From Ginglymostoma cirratum (taxonomy: Eukaryota): a DNA stretch of 58,505 nucleotides. The translations under genes were made by a program, and so were the position numbers. Shown in pieces: positions 36,687-50,291 of this stretch; position 1 is the first letter of the stretch, and each line of letters starts with the position of its first letter. Location of the stretch: assembly GCA_024137785.1 (NCBI GenBank), contig JAHRHZ010000116.1:698338-756842 (forward strand). The letters are read 5' to 3'. Below the pieces are notes generated by a model, which searched no databases, was not told the origin of the DNA, and saw only the letters and a program-made list of their open reading frames with translations.

Positions 36687-38574
36687 CCGGTGAGACAGGA
36701 GCTATACCGACAGACTCACCACCTCAACTACTGCAACCTTTAAGAGGAGAATCAATAAGTGAGCGAAAATGGATGTCGTGAAGCGCCCGTCTTCAATTTG
36801 AAAATAATGCATGAAACATAATTGGTCAGACGTTAGTATGTATCCAAGCTCTAAACGAAAAGTCAAGAGATTTTATCCACATCTTTAGAGAAGTTCAATC
36901 TAGAAACCGGATCCATTTGACGCAGCGGGCGGACACTACCTCTGTACATCAATGGCCGCTAGGAATCTCAAATGTATCTAACCTCATTTCTTTTAATTCA
37001 GGATAATGAGGATAATCGGTGTTAATCGCATTTTTAGCTTCATGTCCTATTGACAGAAGGAGGACACCGAAATAAGAAACTGTTCTCCTCTTTGTAGTGA
37101 AAAGTAGGCCAGAGCCGTAAGTGTATCTGTTACACTTCCAACAGATACACTAACCAAAAAGCAAATACTCGGGACCTCTTACACACCATGTTGGTTAAAC
37201 CAAGAGAGCAACATTTAATCGACAGTGAAAGTAACTACAGTGAAAATGCAGCTGTAAAAAATGCTCGATAAATTTAGATGAAAAATGTTGAAATACCATC
37301 ACGTAGTTGTTTTATTTTTCGTTCCACCATCGTTTCTCCAATCAAAATAAGGCTGAGGTCACTGATACCACGAGAATCCAGAAGGCGCATAAAATGAAGA
37401 TGAAACTCAGACTAGAGATAGGGACACGCCCACAAAGGGGGAGAAAGACAGCTTTGAGTGATACTTCGGGAGACCAACAGGGGAGATCTATAATTGCAAG
37501 ATGGTTGACTGCAGGAGAGGGAGCTTGATGAAAATTACAGCATGGCGCCTAACTGATAACTTTACTCTTATGTTGAATATTCACACTTTCGGACACACAA
37601 CACACATGTAGTGAAACTAACAGAGGAGAGGAGATTAATACAAAGTAGAGCACCGGAGCATTACTAATCACATCATTGTTACGCTGGAACGTCAGGCACC
37701 TTTACGCAGTAATGAGACAGAACTATCATTGTAAACGGCTGCTTGGTTCTTGATTTTTTTCATGGAGAGTTTGAAAGGCAGCATCACCGAACTGCCAACT
37801 TGAAGAAGACTTAAATTAACAGTAGAATCAGCCTGAATGAGTGTGGCCAGCTCTCACAGACCCATATTTCTGGATTTTGCTTTTTTTTCTCAGTAACATC
37901 ATAAGCTTTTTGGCATCTCAGAAGAGTTGGTAGCTTCTGTGAATATCTCTTGTTTGTTACAGTTCCTGAATTATCTTTCGACGTTTCCTCCTCCTAGTTT
38001 GGAAAACAACATGTAAGGATCTGTATCTGAATTTGCCTTTTTGCCAATGGTTGCGCTTATGGGACGCTAGTATACTTGAACAATAGGCACTGTTTCATTT
38101 ATTCGTTATGCTTTCCGATTTTTGGGTGATCTAAATTCTCTTTCTACTGTTTAAAATTTAACTATCTGTTTTAAATAAATTGTGTTTTGCGTAATGTCGA
38201 GTAGTTTGACCAGTCGCATCACAACTGGAACAAGGCACTTCCAATCGATTTTTAATATAAGAAAATATTAATGTCTAGGCTACCTTCTGAAAATATGTTG
38301 GGGGATCTGGTTCGATCCATAACAACACAGGTACACATACATAAACATTCAAAGACACAAGCACACTGAAACGCAAACACACACACACAAACACAATCAC
38401 ACACACACACACACGCAAACATTTGCAAAGAGAGAGAGAGACGTTACCACCTACATGTAGGATGGAAACAATGGGAGGCACAGTTCGTTGCCATTTGGAA
38501 ATTTGTTGGTGGACGTGCAACGCACTTCCTGCTCTGGTCTGTTTACTTTGGTGCTGTACTCCTATCAAAAGGAC

Positions 38575-39713
38575 ATGAAAATGGAGGTGCAATTAACATT
38601 GATTTTCCTCAGGCTGAATGCAATCATTCCAGGTGAGTAATAATTTAGATTCCTAGAAGTAACTGTCAAGTGATCTTTTCACATTCGCAGTTCCAGCCAA
38701 AATTATTTCTGCATTTGTATAATTTACTATTTATTATTGAGCGTTGCGAGGTAAGAAAAGGAAACGAAATTGGAATTATCTTCCAATACAATACTCATCT
38801 CCATCTGGAAGGACAAGTGGAGTAGATAAATTGGAACACCGTTATAGGAAAGCTCTTCTCCAAGTCAATCAACATTCCCACTTGGAAATATATTACACTT
38901 CCTTCTGTGTAACTGGGTCAGCATTCTATCTTCCCCTCCTCAAAAGATTCCTGTGTCTCCCTCTACGCCAACTGATACAGCCGTTTGGAAAGGCAGTTCA
39001 CCACCACCTCCTTCAATGGAATTAGGGACGGTCTACAAACACTTTGCCAGCTAGCGACATCGACATCACGTCGGGGCAAAGAAACACCCAATAGCTAATA
39101 ATATCTTTCGGTAACGAAGAGAGACATTTTCTCAAAGTGAATGGTGAGAGTCTGATAATCTAACACGTGGTGTAAGAACGTGAACGGTGTAAATGTCATT
39201 TTTCCATTGCAGTTACACAATAGCAGGGATGGGAAGAAAATAATTTTCTTCCTTAAAAAATGCTTGACAGGCCACTGTATGTGTGAATATACACCAACAT
39301 ATGCTCATTGCACTGAACAGACAATTTTCCCACTGGACAATGCAACGTGTTTCCAGGGAGCTAGTTGCTTGCACGCTTATCTTCTCTCAGCATTTCTCCG
39401 ATTATATTTCATTCCATGTTACAGTGTTCCTGGTCAAAGAGTGTATCACACAGTCTCCGCTGGCAAGAGTGGTTGTGGAAGGCTCCTCTGTGACAGTGAA
39501 TTGCTGAGACAGCACCTTGTTGACCTTTGAGAAGTGGCATTGGTGGCGTGGCAGACGATAGTTGCTGTTTCTGATCACCGCCTCTGGCAGTAGGGTCGGA
39601 GCATGAAGCATTCCGGCCACAATTCACCGGGAACAAAGATACAGAGCTTTAACGATCAGAGACATCGGGAAAAAAGATGTTGCTTCCAATTCTGTGCTGT
39701 GATCATCACCGTA
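38575..39713 (+). pseudogene. 'Ghost' TRAV-like V pseudogene, most complete copy: leader 38575-38632, V exon 39425-39706, heptamer remnant 39707-39713
   Basis: Intact phase-1 leader MKMEVQLTLIFLRLNAIIP with GTGAGT donor; TTACAG acceptor; FLVKECITQSPLARVVVEGSSVTVNC*DSTLLTFEKWHWWRGRR*LLFLITASGS...ATIHREQRYRALTIRDIGKKDVA../CAVI. Confidence 0.82.
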
Positions 39714-40454
39714 TTACAAGCCAATCTGTCCATCGATCTTTCTTTCTTGGTAACTATCTAAATAATTGTCATCCTATTCCTCTGTCTAACTATCTAGCTG
39801 CTGGTGTGTCTATTCCAGTTTCTATGTATTTGTTTTTCTTTCTGAAGGCATTTCATACTGTATAGTTGTCTTTCAGACAATCTTGTGACTTATTCTACAC
39901 AGTGGGGCTGCACATTGCTGTGTCAAAAACGAGACCATCCTTTCTCTCACAGGCCGTACATGTAGGTCAGCTAATGAAGAGGTTGTTGCAGCAAATACAG
40001 CACCATGAGCGTAGTTATCAAACAGAAATATTTTGCGGAATCGTCATTCAAAATCTGTCAGTCTGCAACTGACAGATCTGCATGCGTTAGCCACTTTGGC
40101 ACCGTCACTGAATCGGGAGGACCCAGTCAGGGAGGCAGCGGTACCACGTCAGACTGACGCTCACCTTCTCTCTGTAAGGAGCAGGTTAGAGTGACACTGT
40201 CTCCTCTCTTTGCTGTCGTCTCTACTGCCAGTTGGTGAGTGATCGAAATAGGTAGGCTCTCATAAGGACACAAATAATAAGGCATTGTGTCAGGATGTTT
40301 TCAATCCAAAGAAGATTGGACAAGTAGAACTCATATCTTTCAAATGATGGAAAGGAGAGACAAAGTGAAAAAAGGGAGGATAATTTTAAAAATCAGCGGC
40401 TTTGTTTGGTTTGGAAATTGATTTCAGAAAGTACTCCAGATGACTGTTCTGATC

Positions 40455-40760
40455 ATGCGAACATACAGAAAGGACACAAGAGTAGGCCACTCGACTCTTG
40501 GACAAAGCCTGTTTTGCCATTAAGTAAGATCATAGCTGATCTGAATTTAACCTCGACTCTACATTTCTGCATGTCTCTAGTTTTTTTCATTCCCTTGGTC
40601 ATCAATAATCTGTCTAACACTTCCTTTAAAAAAAACAAAACAAAGATTCTATATTCACTGACTTTTGAGAAAAGGAATTATAAAGACTCAAAATCCATTG
40701 ATTAAAACAATATGCTTTCTCATTTCTGTTTTATATTGTCGTCCGTTTATTATCACACTG
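40455..40760 (-). mobile_element. CR1-type LINE 3' fragment (related pieces ~12910-13270, ~19440-19870, ~36210-36420, ~43470-43700, ~47080-47290, ~53270-53500)
   Basis: Degenerate FRTEMxRHFFSQR-type C-terminus and GATCATAGCTGATC-type 3' region. Confidence 0.55.
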
Positions 40761-40854
40761 GACACATCTTTTCTGATTGACATTAGGACAGCAAAACCGT
40801 AGTCTATTTGCTAGTTAGGAGAGTACTTCTCTGGACATGTTAAGATGGTGAAGC

Positions 40855-41535
40855 TGCACGAACCTGTGTAAGGCACTAACGCTACAGTTCATTGTCAATG
40901 AGAAGCCTTCCATGGCTACCAGTGCCAGGAGCCACTGTGTGATATTTTCGTTTCTCAAGAGCTCAATAAGATAGAAGCAAACGCCATGGTAGAAATGATG
41001 AGAGGAGATAATGATGTAAGCATCCAGCTCACTGGAAAAAAATTTGGAATCCTAATGCCAAAAGTGCCGTTCATTCTAATGGACATATGCTAGTATGCAT
41101 TCACGCAACTTGCTTCTTCTCAAACTATTCGAATAGCTGTCGATTCATTTCTCTCTGCTGTGTTTGTCTAACTATCCACTAAAACATCTGCAGCATTTCT
41201 TTCATCTCCACCATATCTCAGAGTCCATCGCTCTCGGGAAACACTGAGTAAAAATAAATACTTTCGAACCTCCATCTTCAACGTGGAAATAATGTGTGAT
41301 TCTATATCGATGAGTATCTACAATGAATCCATTTTCTAACTAAGCCGTTCTGACATTTTGTTACTTGCTCTACGCAGGTGAATCCAGAACTCGAGAACTT
41401 GTACCGATGTGGTACAAAGGAATCTTCATTAAAACTATACAATCACAGTCTGTAGAATTCCAAGTGCAACTCCCCTGCGATGCTTACGTTCAGTATTATG
41501 GAGATAACCAAAGTTATTTGTAAATCTATATTCAT
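40855..41535 (-). pseudogene. Minus-strand ghost V: leader 41475-41535 and FR1/CDR1 40855-40963
   Basis: Leader MNIDLQITLVISIILNVSIA; ENITQWLLALVAMEGFSLTMNCSVSALHRFVQ; donor and acceptor both mutated. Confidence 0.72.
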
Positions 41536-41965
41536 GTCCTACAGCAACGAAATGATTTTGACTCTCCATTTTGCCGTGAAAAGTAGGCCAGAGGATGAAG
41601 CACAACTATTATACTCCCACTCTCACATTAACCAAAAAACAAAGACCCTGGACATCTTAGCTAAACCTAGAGAACAGCCATACAGTTAGCAAAGAGATTA
41701 ATCACTCGAAAAAGGCAATTGAAAAGAATAGTTGGTAAATTGAAATTAAAGACCACGTCTGTAGGATTTGCTCTGTTCGATTGCGGAGCCTCAAAGCAAA
41801 GTAATGCTGAGTCAACTGACACAGAAAGAACCCAATAGAAGGAGAGAATGAAGATGAAACCAACGATAAGGAGATTTCAACAGTGTGGGATAAAGATTGG
41901 CCCAATCTTGTGGAAAAACATAGTTCTGTCTGATCACTTCGATGATGAACATATTNNNNNNNNNN

Positions 41966-42213
41966 AAACTTTGATTTGAAATCAAAATCACTAGTATCTT
42001 TCAACAGAATAAAATCCCTTCTGTCCGAGCATCTGAGGAGAGTGACTGAGTGACGGAATCTCCATGACTCATAGCTGAAAGGGAAAACAGAAATCAATCG
42101 GAAACTGTCAGGCTGGATTCAGTTCAACCTACAACTTGATAAAGAAATGTGAAATGTTCACAGCTACCTGTTAGAATTGCTGCCAACAGAACCAAGATGC
42201 AGAGTCGCTGCAT
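41966..42213 (-). pseudogene. TCR alpha/delta V pseudogene with internal deletion: leader 42168-42213, exon from 42074 running into an assembly gap
   Basis: Leader MQRLCILVLLAAILT; FR1 start (SHGDSVTQS) joined directly to DFILLKDTS, so C23 to W41 is deleted. Confidence 0.85.
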
Positions 42214-44721
42214 TGTCGCTGTCCTCTGCATACCAGGGCGGTCAGACATTTGAAGGCACGAATTCTATAACCCCGCCCACGGTGAAATATTGCCGTGTCA
42301 CTGGATGTTCCCGCCTCACTGCCTTGTGCAGGCGAAGATGATTTGTGGACGTTTGCAAGACAGCTGACTCTAACTGAATGAACACATATTAACTTTGTAG
42401 AGTCACTACACTTATAATGGTACACTAAGAACTCTGAAGGATTGACTTCCATCCATGATAAGAAATCCCTAGAATAAGGGTGCAATTTACATTAAAGACA
42501 CTGATTTTTTTTCCCACTGGCCAAATTCCCAGTCGAACCCAATTTTTCTTCTTAACCATTTTTTGAGGTGGTGGGGTCTGTAGCCGATGCCACCCCCAAG
42601 GTTTCAACCATACACATAATTCTACTGGATTTACAAACTGTATATTCTCAAATTACAGACCCTCATATACCACTTTCCAGATTAATGGAACCAAACACAG
42701 CTTCATAGAGCATTATTTCTATTATGACTTATACTAAATGCTCCTTTATTCTCTTCCTCTATTGCTGTTTCTCTGTCCTCGGGCTCAAGATTTTCACTCT
42801 CTCCCTCTGTTCCTCTCTCCCAGCATTCATCAGTGAGCTTAGTCTCACCTTTCTTCTTCTCCTCCGTGGGTGTTTTCTGACTCACTGAACACAGAGGCCT
42901 CATATGACAGAATACATCTGAATAATTTTACAGTAGTTATCTTCAGTTTGAGCACTCTGAGTGTGTGTGTGTGCACGTATGTGTGTGTAAGTGTATGTGT
43001 GTGTGTGCGCGCGCGTGTGTGTGTATTTCTCTGAGCATGCTTGCTCGTCTCTCTGTGAAATGGGAGATATTCGTCAGTGTTTTCACAGGATCAAAGCCTT
43101 TCTGCATTGTGTTTCAAATTGTCTTGAAGTGATACAATGCCACACTTTGCTGGCGGCATGAAGTTGCTACAACCGCGCACCAAAAATTGCCAGGGAATCA
43201 ACCAGAGGGAGAACAGTAGCAGACATCAGTATCCTATCCGACAGCAGCGTCAACACACACATACAAACAAGCAAGGTCAGGTTAGGTATTTTAGAGTTGT
43301 CCACAATGAAGACTACAGAGGGGTCAATGTGCAGATGACAAATAGGACCAGTGTAGAGAAAACAGGCGTGATCAGCACGTGGATTACAAATTCTCCAGAG
43401 AAGGTCGCTCAGGAACTTATGTTTCAGTTCTATCACGTATGCCTTTTGCAGCCTCCAGAGGATACAAGACCAGGCTACATTAGTCGCTCTATTTCTAACT
43501 CAGTCTTGAACATATTTATCACAAAGACTCTGTGATAAATCATTCCACAGATTCTTTTCCCTCTAAGAGAATAAATTTCTCCTCCTGTCGATTTTAAGTG
43601 TCTGACTGCTGATTCTGATATTGTCTTCGGCTCTTAGGATCTTCCACGGGGCTGGATGTTGGGGGAAGCAACCTTTCTGCTCCACTCTGTCAATTTTTCA
43701 AGGCACACATCTGGAGTATGTGGCACGTGACTGTGGGCTTCCTGGTACAAATAGGAAGATACCACACCGCCAAAATACCCCTTCATGCAGCTCACTTTGA
43801 AACAGGTGAATTATGCTGATGTTGACAAACATAAAACATTTTTTAGTCAAGTAATTTATTTGAAAACGTCCAGCCCTGGATTAACACAAACTAATTATGC
43901 ATTGTGTTAGTAGCGCTCAAATAGGAATAGATCCACGCTTTAGAGTCCAGAAGTGGAGATGAATATCTGGTCTGTTAAATGTCAGGTACAAATCAAGTAA
44001 TTGAGCCAGTTTTCCAGCTTTTGGAAGACAGCTGAAGTACAACCCGCCATTGAAGAGAATCTGACTTTGTATCTGCTTTAAGGATCAACGTCATTACATT
44101 TCAGATCTGTCCACCATGAACAAACCATTCCTGATCCAGAAACTCACACTGAGCAAATGTACCCTGTTATCAAACTATAGATTCTTACTCCAGGAAACTG
44201 ACATGGGGGATGTGGAAACGGCGGTTCAGAATGACAGACGGGTGAACAAACACAAAGAACAAAAGAAGCATGAGAATACCACCGGCGAATTTATAAGTAT
44301 CAGCTGGACATGAGAGTTGAGAGCAGCAAAGACTGTGCACTGTCCCTCTGTGAGGATTGCTGATGCTGTTAGTTTAAATACTGCACTATGCTGCTGTCCT
44401 CCCTTTGATTGAACCCATGATTTGCTTGACCTTCTTGAGCAGTAACGGGCATCCGCCAACAGAGAGATGCATTGAATCGCATTGAAGTGAAGGGAGTGAA
44501 ACAAGGAAAGAGACTGTCAGATTTTGTGATCAATTCATTCATTAACAACCCTCCAGACAAATTATCGCACAAAGCAACAGCGGGCTGCTGCTGAGCTGAC
44601 GTTAGATCCCTGAGACAAGGCGCCACATGAACGTCTGTAATCTTTTGAACATGTTTTCCAAGAGAGAATGAGACAGTCAGAACAATACAGAGAAGAATAT
44701 ATCAAAACACACAGTGAAGCT

Positions 44722-44943
44722 NNNNNNNNNNNNNNNNNNNNNNNNNNNNNNNNNNNNNNNNNNNNNNNNNNNNNNNNNNNNNNNNNNNNNNNNNNNNNNN
44801 NNNNNNNNNNNNNNNNNNNNNNNNNNNNNNNNNNNNNNNNNNNNNNNNNNNNNNNNNNNNNNNNNNNNNNNNNNNNNNNNNNNNNNNNNNNNNNNNNNNN
44901 NNNNNNNNNNNNNNNNNNNNNNNNNNNNNNNNNNNNNNNNNNN
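44722..44943. other. Assembly gap (others at 12028-12162, 41956-41965, 50387-50522)
   Basis: N runs. Confidence 1.
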
Positions 44944-44944
44944 A

Positions 44945-45027
<83 letters not shown>

Positions 45028-45476
45028 GGGTACCATTTGTGTTCGAAGCAGATAGGCACAGTTTTATGGGATCAGATTGATGATGAAAGGATTGATGGAA
45101 CTCATTGCGATAAAATCAGCATCTTCAGCCATTCTAAAAACCCCGCCATTTGTAAACTGGCCTCCTCATTGACTTGTGTAGGTGGTGAGGATGTGAAACT
45201 CAGAGAAGGAGAGCAGTCTCTCAGCTCACTGTCTACCCTTCATAAGATGGCAAATTGTTGGTGGTGGGGATTAGAAAGGGTGAGTTCCCATGTGAATCTG
45301 TTCTGTTTCTGCGTGTGCTCGACATCTGCAGGTTATTTACTCATCAGCTGTGGGAAACAGTTGGCTGACAGTTTACTGCAATGTTAGTTTGGGTTCCTGT
45401 TGGTGTGCGTCTAAGCTCCTGAAAGCAATTTGGAACTTCTCAAGTCTCAAGAAAAATCAATCTATGTTCTAACGGC

Positions 45477-45960
45477 GGTTTTTGTACAGGAGAAAGACTG
45501 TTTATCATTACTGTGCCATCCCTGAGAGCACATTAATACATGGCAGCGTCAGTCAGCTTTAGTGCAGTGATCATCAGGCTGGTGAATTTATTCACGAACT
45601 AAAGCTCAGCAGAGAAGCGACCTCTGGCAAAATATGCTTTATCCTCATTGTCAATACTACTTTACCATATTATATACTCTTGCTGCGTGTTTGAGTGCTC
45701 TCGGTACCAGTATAATACATAGACGCTCCATTTGGTATCATAGGTGCAGCTTATAGTCACCACCTCTCCTTCTGTCCGAACATCTGAGGACAGTGACTGA
45801 GTGACAAAATTTCCATGACTCAACTCTGAAAGGGAACACAAACTTCAACTGTAAAGTATCATTTTAAACTATGATTTGGTGAAAAAATGTGAATTGCATT
45901 TTCTCCGCAATTACCAGTTGGAATTGCTCCCCACACATCATTGATGCTGAGTAGATGCAT
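45477..45960 (-). pseudogene. TCR alpha/delta V pseudogene: leader 45915-45960, V exon 45516-45825, RSS 45477-45515
   Basis: Full-length 310-nt exon with three in-frame stops (including TAT-TAA-TGT in YYC); RSS CACAGTA-23-ACAAAAACC. Confidence 0.9.
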
Positions 45961-47847
45961 TGTCGATTTCGTCTGTGTCGCACAGCAGTCAGATAATTGA
46001 AGATACCCGTTATATAAACCCCGCCCACAGTAGACTGCTGACGTGGCTCTAGATGTCCCAGCATCGCTGCCTTGCACGAGCGATGGTGCCCAGAGGGCAG
46101 GAGGAAGAGTGCAGACACTCAGTGAATTGACACATCCAGAGCTGAGTTACTGACACTGCACTTAAAATGGAGAAACGAGAATTCTAATGGTTTGGCCTCA
46201 ATTCATGATAAGCACATCCCCAGAATCATGGTGCATTCTATTCGCAAAACTCTGCTCTTTTTTCTGTCCAACTTCTTCAACTGACGTCACTTTCCCGTTC
46301 TTCACCAGTACAGGGGTGCCCCAAAATCGCCCGCACTACCCAGAGATTCCCGCCATATCCCATAATCTTTGTGGCTCCAAAACTGTGCCTTCTGAATTTA
46401 CAATCACACCTTCCCATCACTGAACTTAATCTCAACCTTAGCCAGCTGTATCCCTGAAATTACTTTGACCAGATTCTTTTTTATTCTGCTCCTCTTTTGG
46501 TGTTTCTTTGCCCTCAGGCTCAAGATTATCACTTTCTCCCTCTGTTAGTCTTCTCAGCATTCCTTACTGAGCTCAGTCCCACCTTCTTTCCTCCCTGTTG
46601 TGGGTGTTTTACTGACTCAGTGACCAAAGACTCCTCACAGAACGGAATTGCCTATACATCTGAATGATGTTACAGTAGGCATCATCGGTTCCAGCACCTT
46701 TGCAGAGAGAGAGAGAGAGAGAGGGAGAGATAAAGGGACAAAGCCTCTCCTCGTTGCAAGTTACCTGATATTGAAGTGATGCAATGACACCCTCTGCTGG
46801 AGACCTGCAGCTGCCACAACTGCGTGAGTAAAAGTAGCCAGGAAATTGGTTAAAGGGAGAGCAACAGCAGATAACTGAATTCAATCTGACAGCAGCATCA
46901 ACAGACACGCAGGGAACTGTAATATTTAGAGCTGGCCTGTTTGAAAATGACAGAGGGGTCAGTGTGGAGAAAATAGACGTGGTCAGTGTATGGATTACAG
47001 ATTCACAATATTAAACCCTCTCAGGTTGGTCTGTGTTACAATTCAATCACGTCTAACTCTCCTGATCTCCGGAGCATACAAACCTTCCTGTCTAGCCTTT
47101 CTATGTCTATCTCAGCCTTGAACATATTTGACACACAGACATTGCGGTAAATAATTCGACAAATTATTTTCCCTCTGAGAGAAGAAACGGCTTCTTACTT
47201 CTAATTTCAATCTGTGACTCCTTATTCTGAGGTTACGCCAAATGCTCCTAGACTCTCCCAAATGGGGAAAAACTTTTCCGCCCCTGTTCTGTTAAGTTTT
47301 CATTACTCATCTCTGGAGTATGTGGAACTTGAATGTGTGCTTCCTGACTCAGATAGGGATGCTACCACAATGTCACAAGATCTCCATGCAGTTTGCTGAT
47401 ACACTGATGAATTATTCTGGTGTAGATAAACAGAAAGTATGTTCGCTCACATTCATTTTTCTTCAGACCTCCAGCCCAAGAATAAGACAAACTAATTTTG
47501 CATTATGTTCGTATGATGGGAATTGTTAGAGATTTGAGACTCTTAAGATTGGAAATGAATGTCTGGTTTGTTAATTGTCACGAACAAATCAAGAAGATAG
47601 GCACGTTTCTCAGCATTACGAAAACAGCAGATGTGTAACATGAAATTCCGACAAGATTCTGTTGTTTCTTTGGGTATGCTAAAAGTCTGCAGTTGATTTT
47701 TTTCAGCAACTCAGGAAAATGGTTGGGTAACAATTTGACGTGAGTTTAGTTTGCTTTCCTCTCCTTGTGTGCTTAATCTCCTGAAGTAGTAACTTCCTGA
47801 GACACTGTGATAGCCTAAATACATGCATCAATTTCTGGTCCAAAGGT

Positions 47848-48191
47848 AGTTTTTGTTCTGGGGGAGAATGTTTATCATCACTGTGAGGTCCCGGAAGCTA
47901 AAGATATGCAACAACATTGTCAGTCAGTTCTAGTCCGGTGATAATCAAGCTGGTGAATTTCTTCCGGGTCTAAATTTCTACAGAGAAGTAACTTTTAGCA
48001 AAATCTGTTTCATCCTCATAGACGGCTTTTCAACAATATATACTCCTGCTGTGCGTCGGGGTTCCGACAGCACCCGTATGATGCAAAGTAGATCGATGTA
48101 GTATCATAGGTACAGCTTACAGTAACTGCCTCTCCTTCAGTGTGCACTCCTGAGGAGAGTGACAGAGTGACATAATCTCCATGACACAGGC
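47848..48191 (-). pseudogene. TCR alpha/delta V pseudogene lacking its leader
   Basis: GLCHGDYVTLSLSSGVHTEGEAVTVSCTYDTT...EYILLKS; W41 and YYC lost; RSS CACAGTG-22-ACAAAAACT; upstream replaced by (CA)n/(GA)n and next-cassette sequence. Confidence 0.87.
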
Positions 48192-48631
48192 CTGAAAGAA
48201 AAACATGTGCGCGTATACACACACACACAGACACACACACACACACACACATGCACACACGCACAGAGAGAGAGACAGAGACAGAGACAGAGCCAAGTGA
48301 TATGTTGTGTTGTTGGCACATCAATAATGGGAGGGTGTCGCACCATTTCCTTAGTGCAATCAAATCAGCACCATCAGACTTTGCAAATGTCACCCTCAGT
48401 AAACTGCTGCGGTGTCTCTGGATGCTCCCAACCTCACTGCCTTTGTTAGCGGTGAGTATGCCAAACTTGGAAAGGGAGAGCTCTCTCCCAGATCACTATC
48501 TACAAATCCACACGACAATAGACTGCTGAGGGTGCTGATTTGAATGGGAGTGTTCAAATCTGATTCTATTCTCTGTCTGTGTGAGTGTTTGCACACCTCA
48601 ACTAAAAGAGAGCCCAACTATGGTTAAAGGA

Positions 48632-49129
48632 AGTTTTTTTTTTGTTTTTTGCATAGGGTTGAGACTATTTCGCATCACTGGGTAGTCCCAGAAATTGCGG
48701 TAATAAACGAGTGTCAGTCAGCTGTACTCCAGTTATAGTCAAACAGGCGAATTTCTTCGAGGTCTGAAATTCTATAGGGAAATGATCTTGAGCAAAATGT
48801 GCTTTAACATCATCACAATTAGTATCTTTCCACAGAATAAATCAGGCTTTGTTCCTGGGTGCTTTCGGCACCAAAACAATGTATTGCTGCTCTCTCTAGT
48901 ACCATAGGTACAGCTTGGACTCACCACCTCTCCTTCTGTGCGAATGTCTGTTAAGAGTGACTAAGTGACAGAATGTCCATGATTCAGCTCTGAAAACAGA
49001 GATCAATTGTAAAATGTCAGTCTGGGGTCAGTTTAAAGTATGATTTGATGGATAAATACGAAGTGAATTTCATCCGCATTTATCTGTTAGAATTACTCCG
49101 CATCCAACCCAGACACTGAGCAGCTACAT
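48632..49129 (-). pseudogene. TCR alpha/delta V pseudogene: leader 49084-49129, V exon ~48680-48989
   Basis: ATG TAG stop at codon 2; donor GT>AT; residual VSPSCTY, FAQDHF, KKFA and LQLTDT motifs; RSS degraded. Confidence 0.85.
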
Positions 49130-50085
49130 TGTTGCTTTCCTCCGTGCAAGAGGACAGTCATAAACTTGAAGAAACCCTGTCCATAATTCTGCTTTGACTA
49201 AAATGCTGACTAAAATACCTTGGATGTTCCCATCTCGCCAGCCTTTTGGGACAGAGATTAAATGAGCTCAGGAGGAAGAGAGCAGAATCTCAGTGAATGG
49301 ACACATCCCGAGCTCGTTTACAGAAACTGCACTAAAACTGGAGCACCGAGGATTCTGATAGATTGACCTGCATCCATGATAAACAATTGCCCGATTCATT
49401 GCATCTTTTACTGTCAAGGTTCAGCTCTTTCTCTCTTTAACTTCCTCAACTGATGCCATTGCTTTTTCTTAACCAGTTAAGGGATCCCCCAAATTACTTA
49501 CACATGCCACCGAGATTTTCACACTACACATAACCCTTTCAGCCACAATATCTCCCCTCCCAAATTACAATCACACCTGTCATAGCACTGGATTCAATCT
49601 CATCCTTATCCAGCAATATCTATCATATCACATTTAACAGATTCTCCTTTATTATGATGTACTAGTGCTGCTTCTCTGCTCTCTGGCTCAAAATTATCGT
49701 GTTTTCCCTCTGTCAGTGCCCTTCAGCATTCTTCACTGAACTCAGTCTCACTTTCCTTCCTACTCCACTGTGGGTGTTTTCTGGCACATTGCACACAGAG
49801 TCCTCACAGAACAAGATCCACTGCACATCTGAATAACGTTAAAATAGCTATCTTCAGCTCCAACATCCTCCGTGTTTGTGTGCGTGTGCATGAGCACATT
49901 TCTCTGTGCAATGGTAGATACTTTTCCAAGGCTTTAAATTTATGAAAGGTCAAATTCCCTGTATTGCACAATGACTTCCTCTGATGGTAGCCTTGAGTTA
50001 CCACAACTGCATATTGCAACAATCATTAGGGAATTAGTCAGAGGGACAACAGCATCAACACACACACGTAGGTTAACTGGAAGTC

Positions 50086-50291
50086 TTTTTTTTCCTTTAT
50101 TCGTGGGACGAGAGGTGACGCTACCTAGGCAGCACTTATTGCCCGTCGGTACTTGCATAGGAAGGGTTGTTTTTCCATGAATTCAAAATTCACTATCTGT
50201 ATTGGCAGGATTCAAACTCTGGTCCCCAGAGCATGATTCAGATGCCAGGATTAATAGCCCAGCGATAATACCACTACGGCATCACCTCCCC
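50086..50291 (-). mobile_element. Internally deleted tRNA-derived SINE (SacSINE1-like)
   Basis: Head GGGGAGGTGATGCCGTAGTGGT...GTTTGAATCC (A/B boxes) joined to a GGGCAATAAGTGCTG...A-rich tail. Confidence 0.6.

Noticed and set aside
44668-45387. Longest ORF (239 aa) and other THTH/CVCV/LSIY ORFs
   Set aside because: They are products of N gaps and microsatellites, with no coding signal
47848-48989. Leaderless V beside another V as a possible NAR-TCR two-domain (NARV plus supporting V) unit
   Set aside because: Both are degenerate main-family Vs, with no IgNAR-like V, D or J between them; leader loss coincides with a microsatellite and cassette junction
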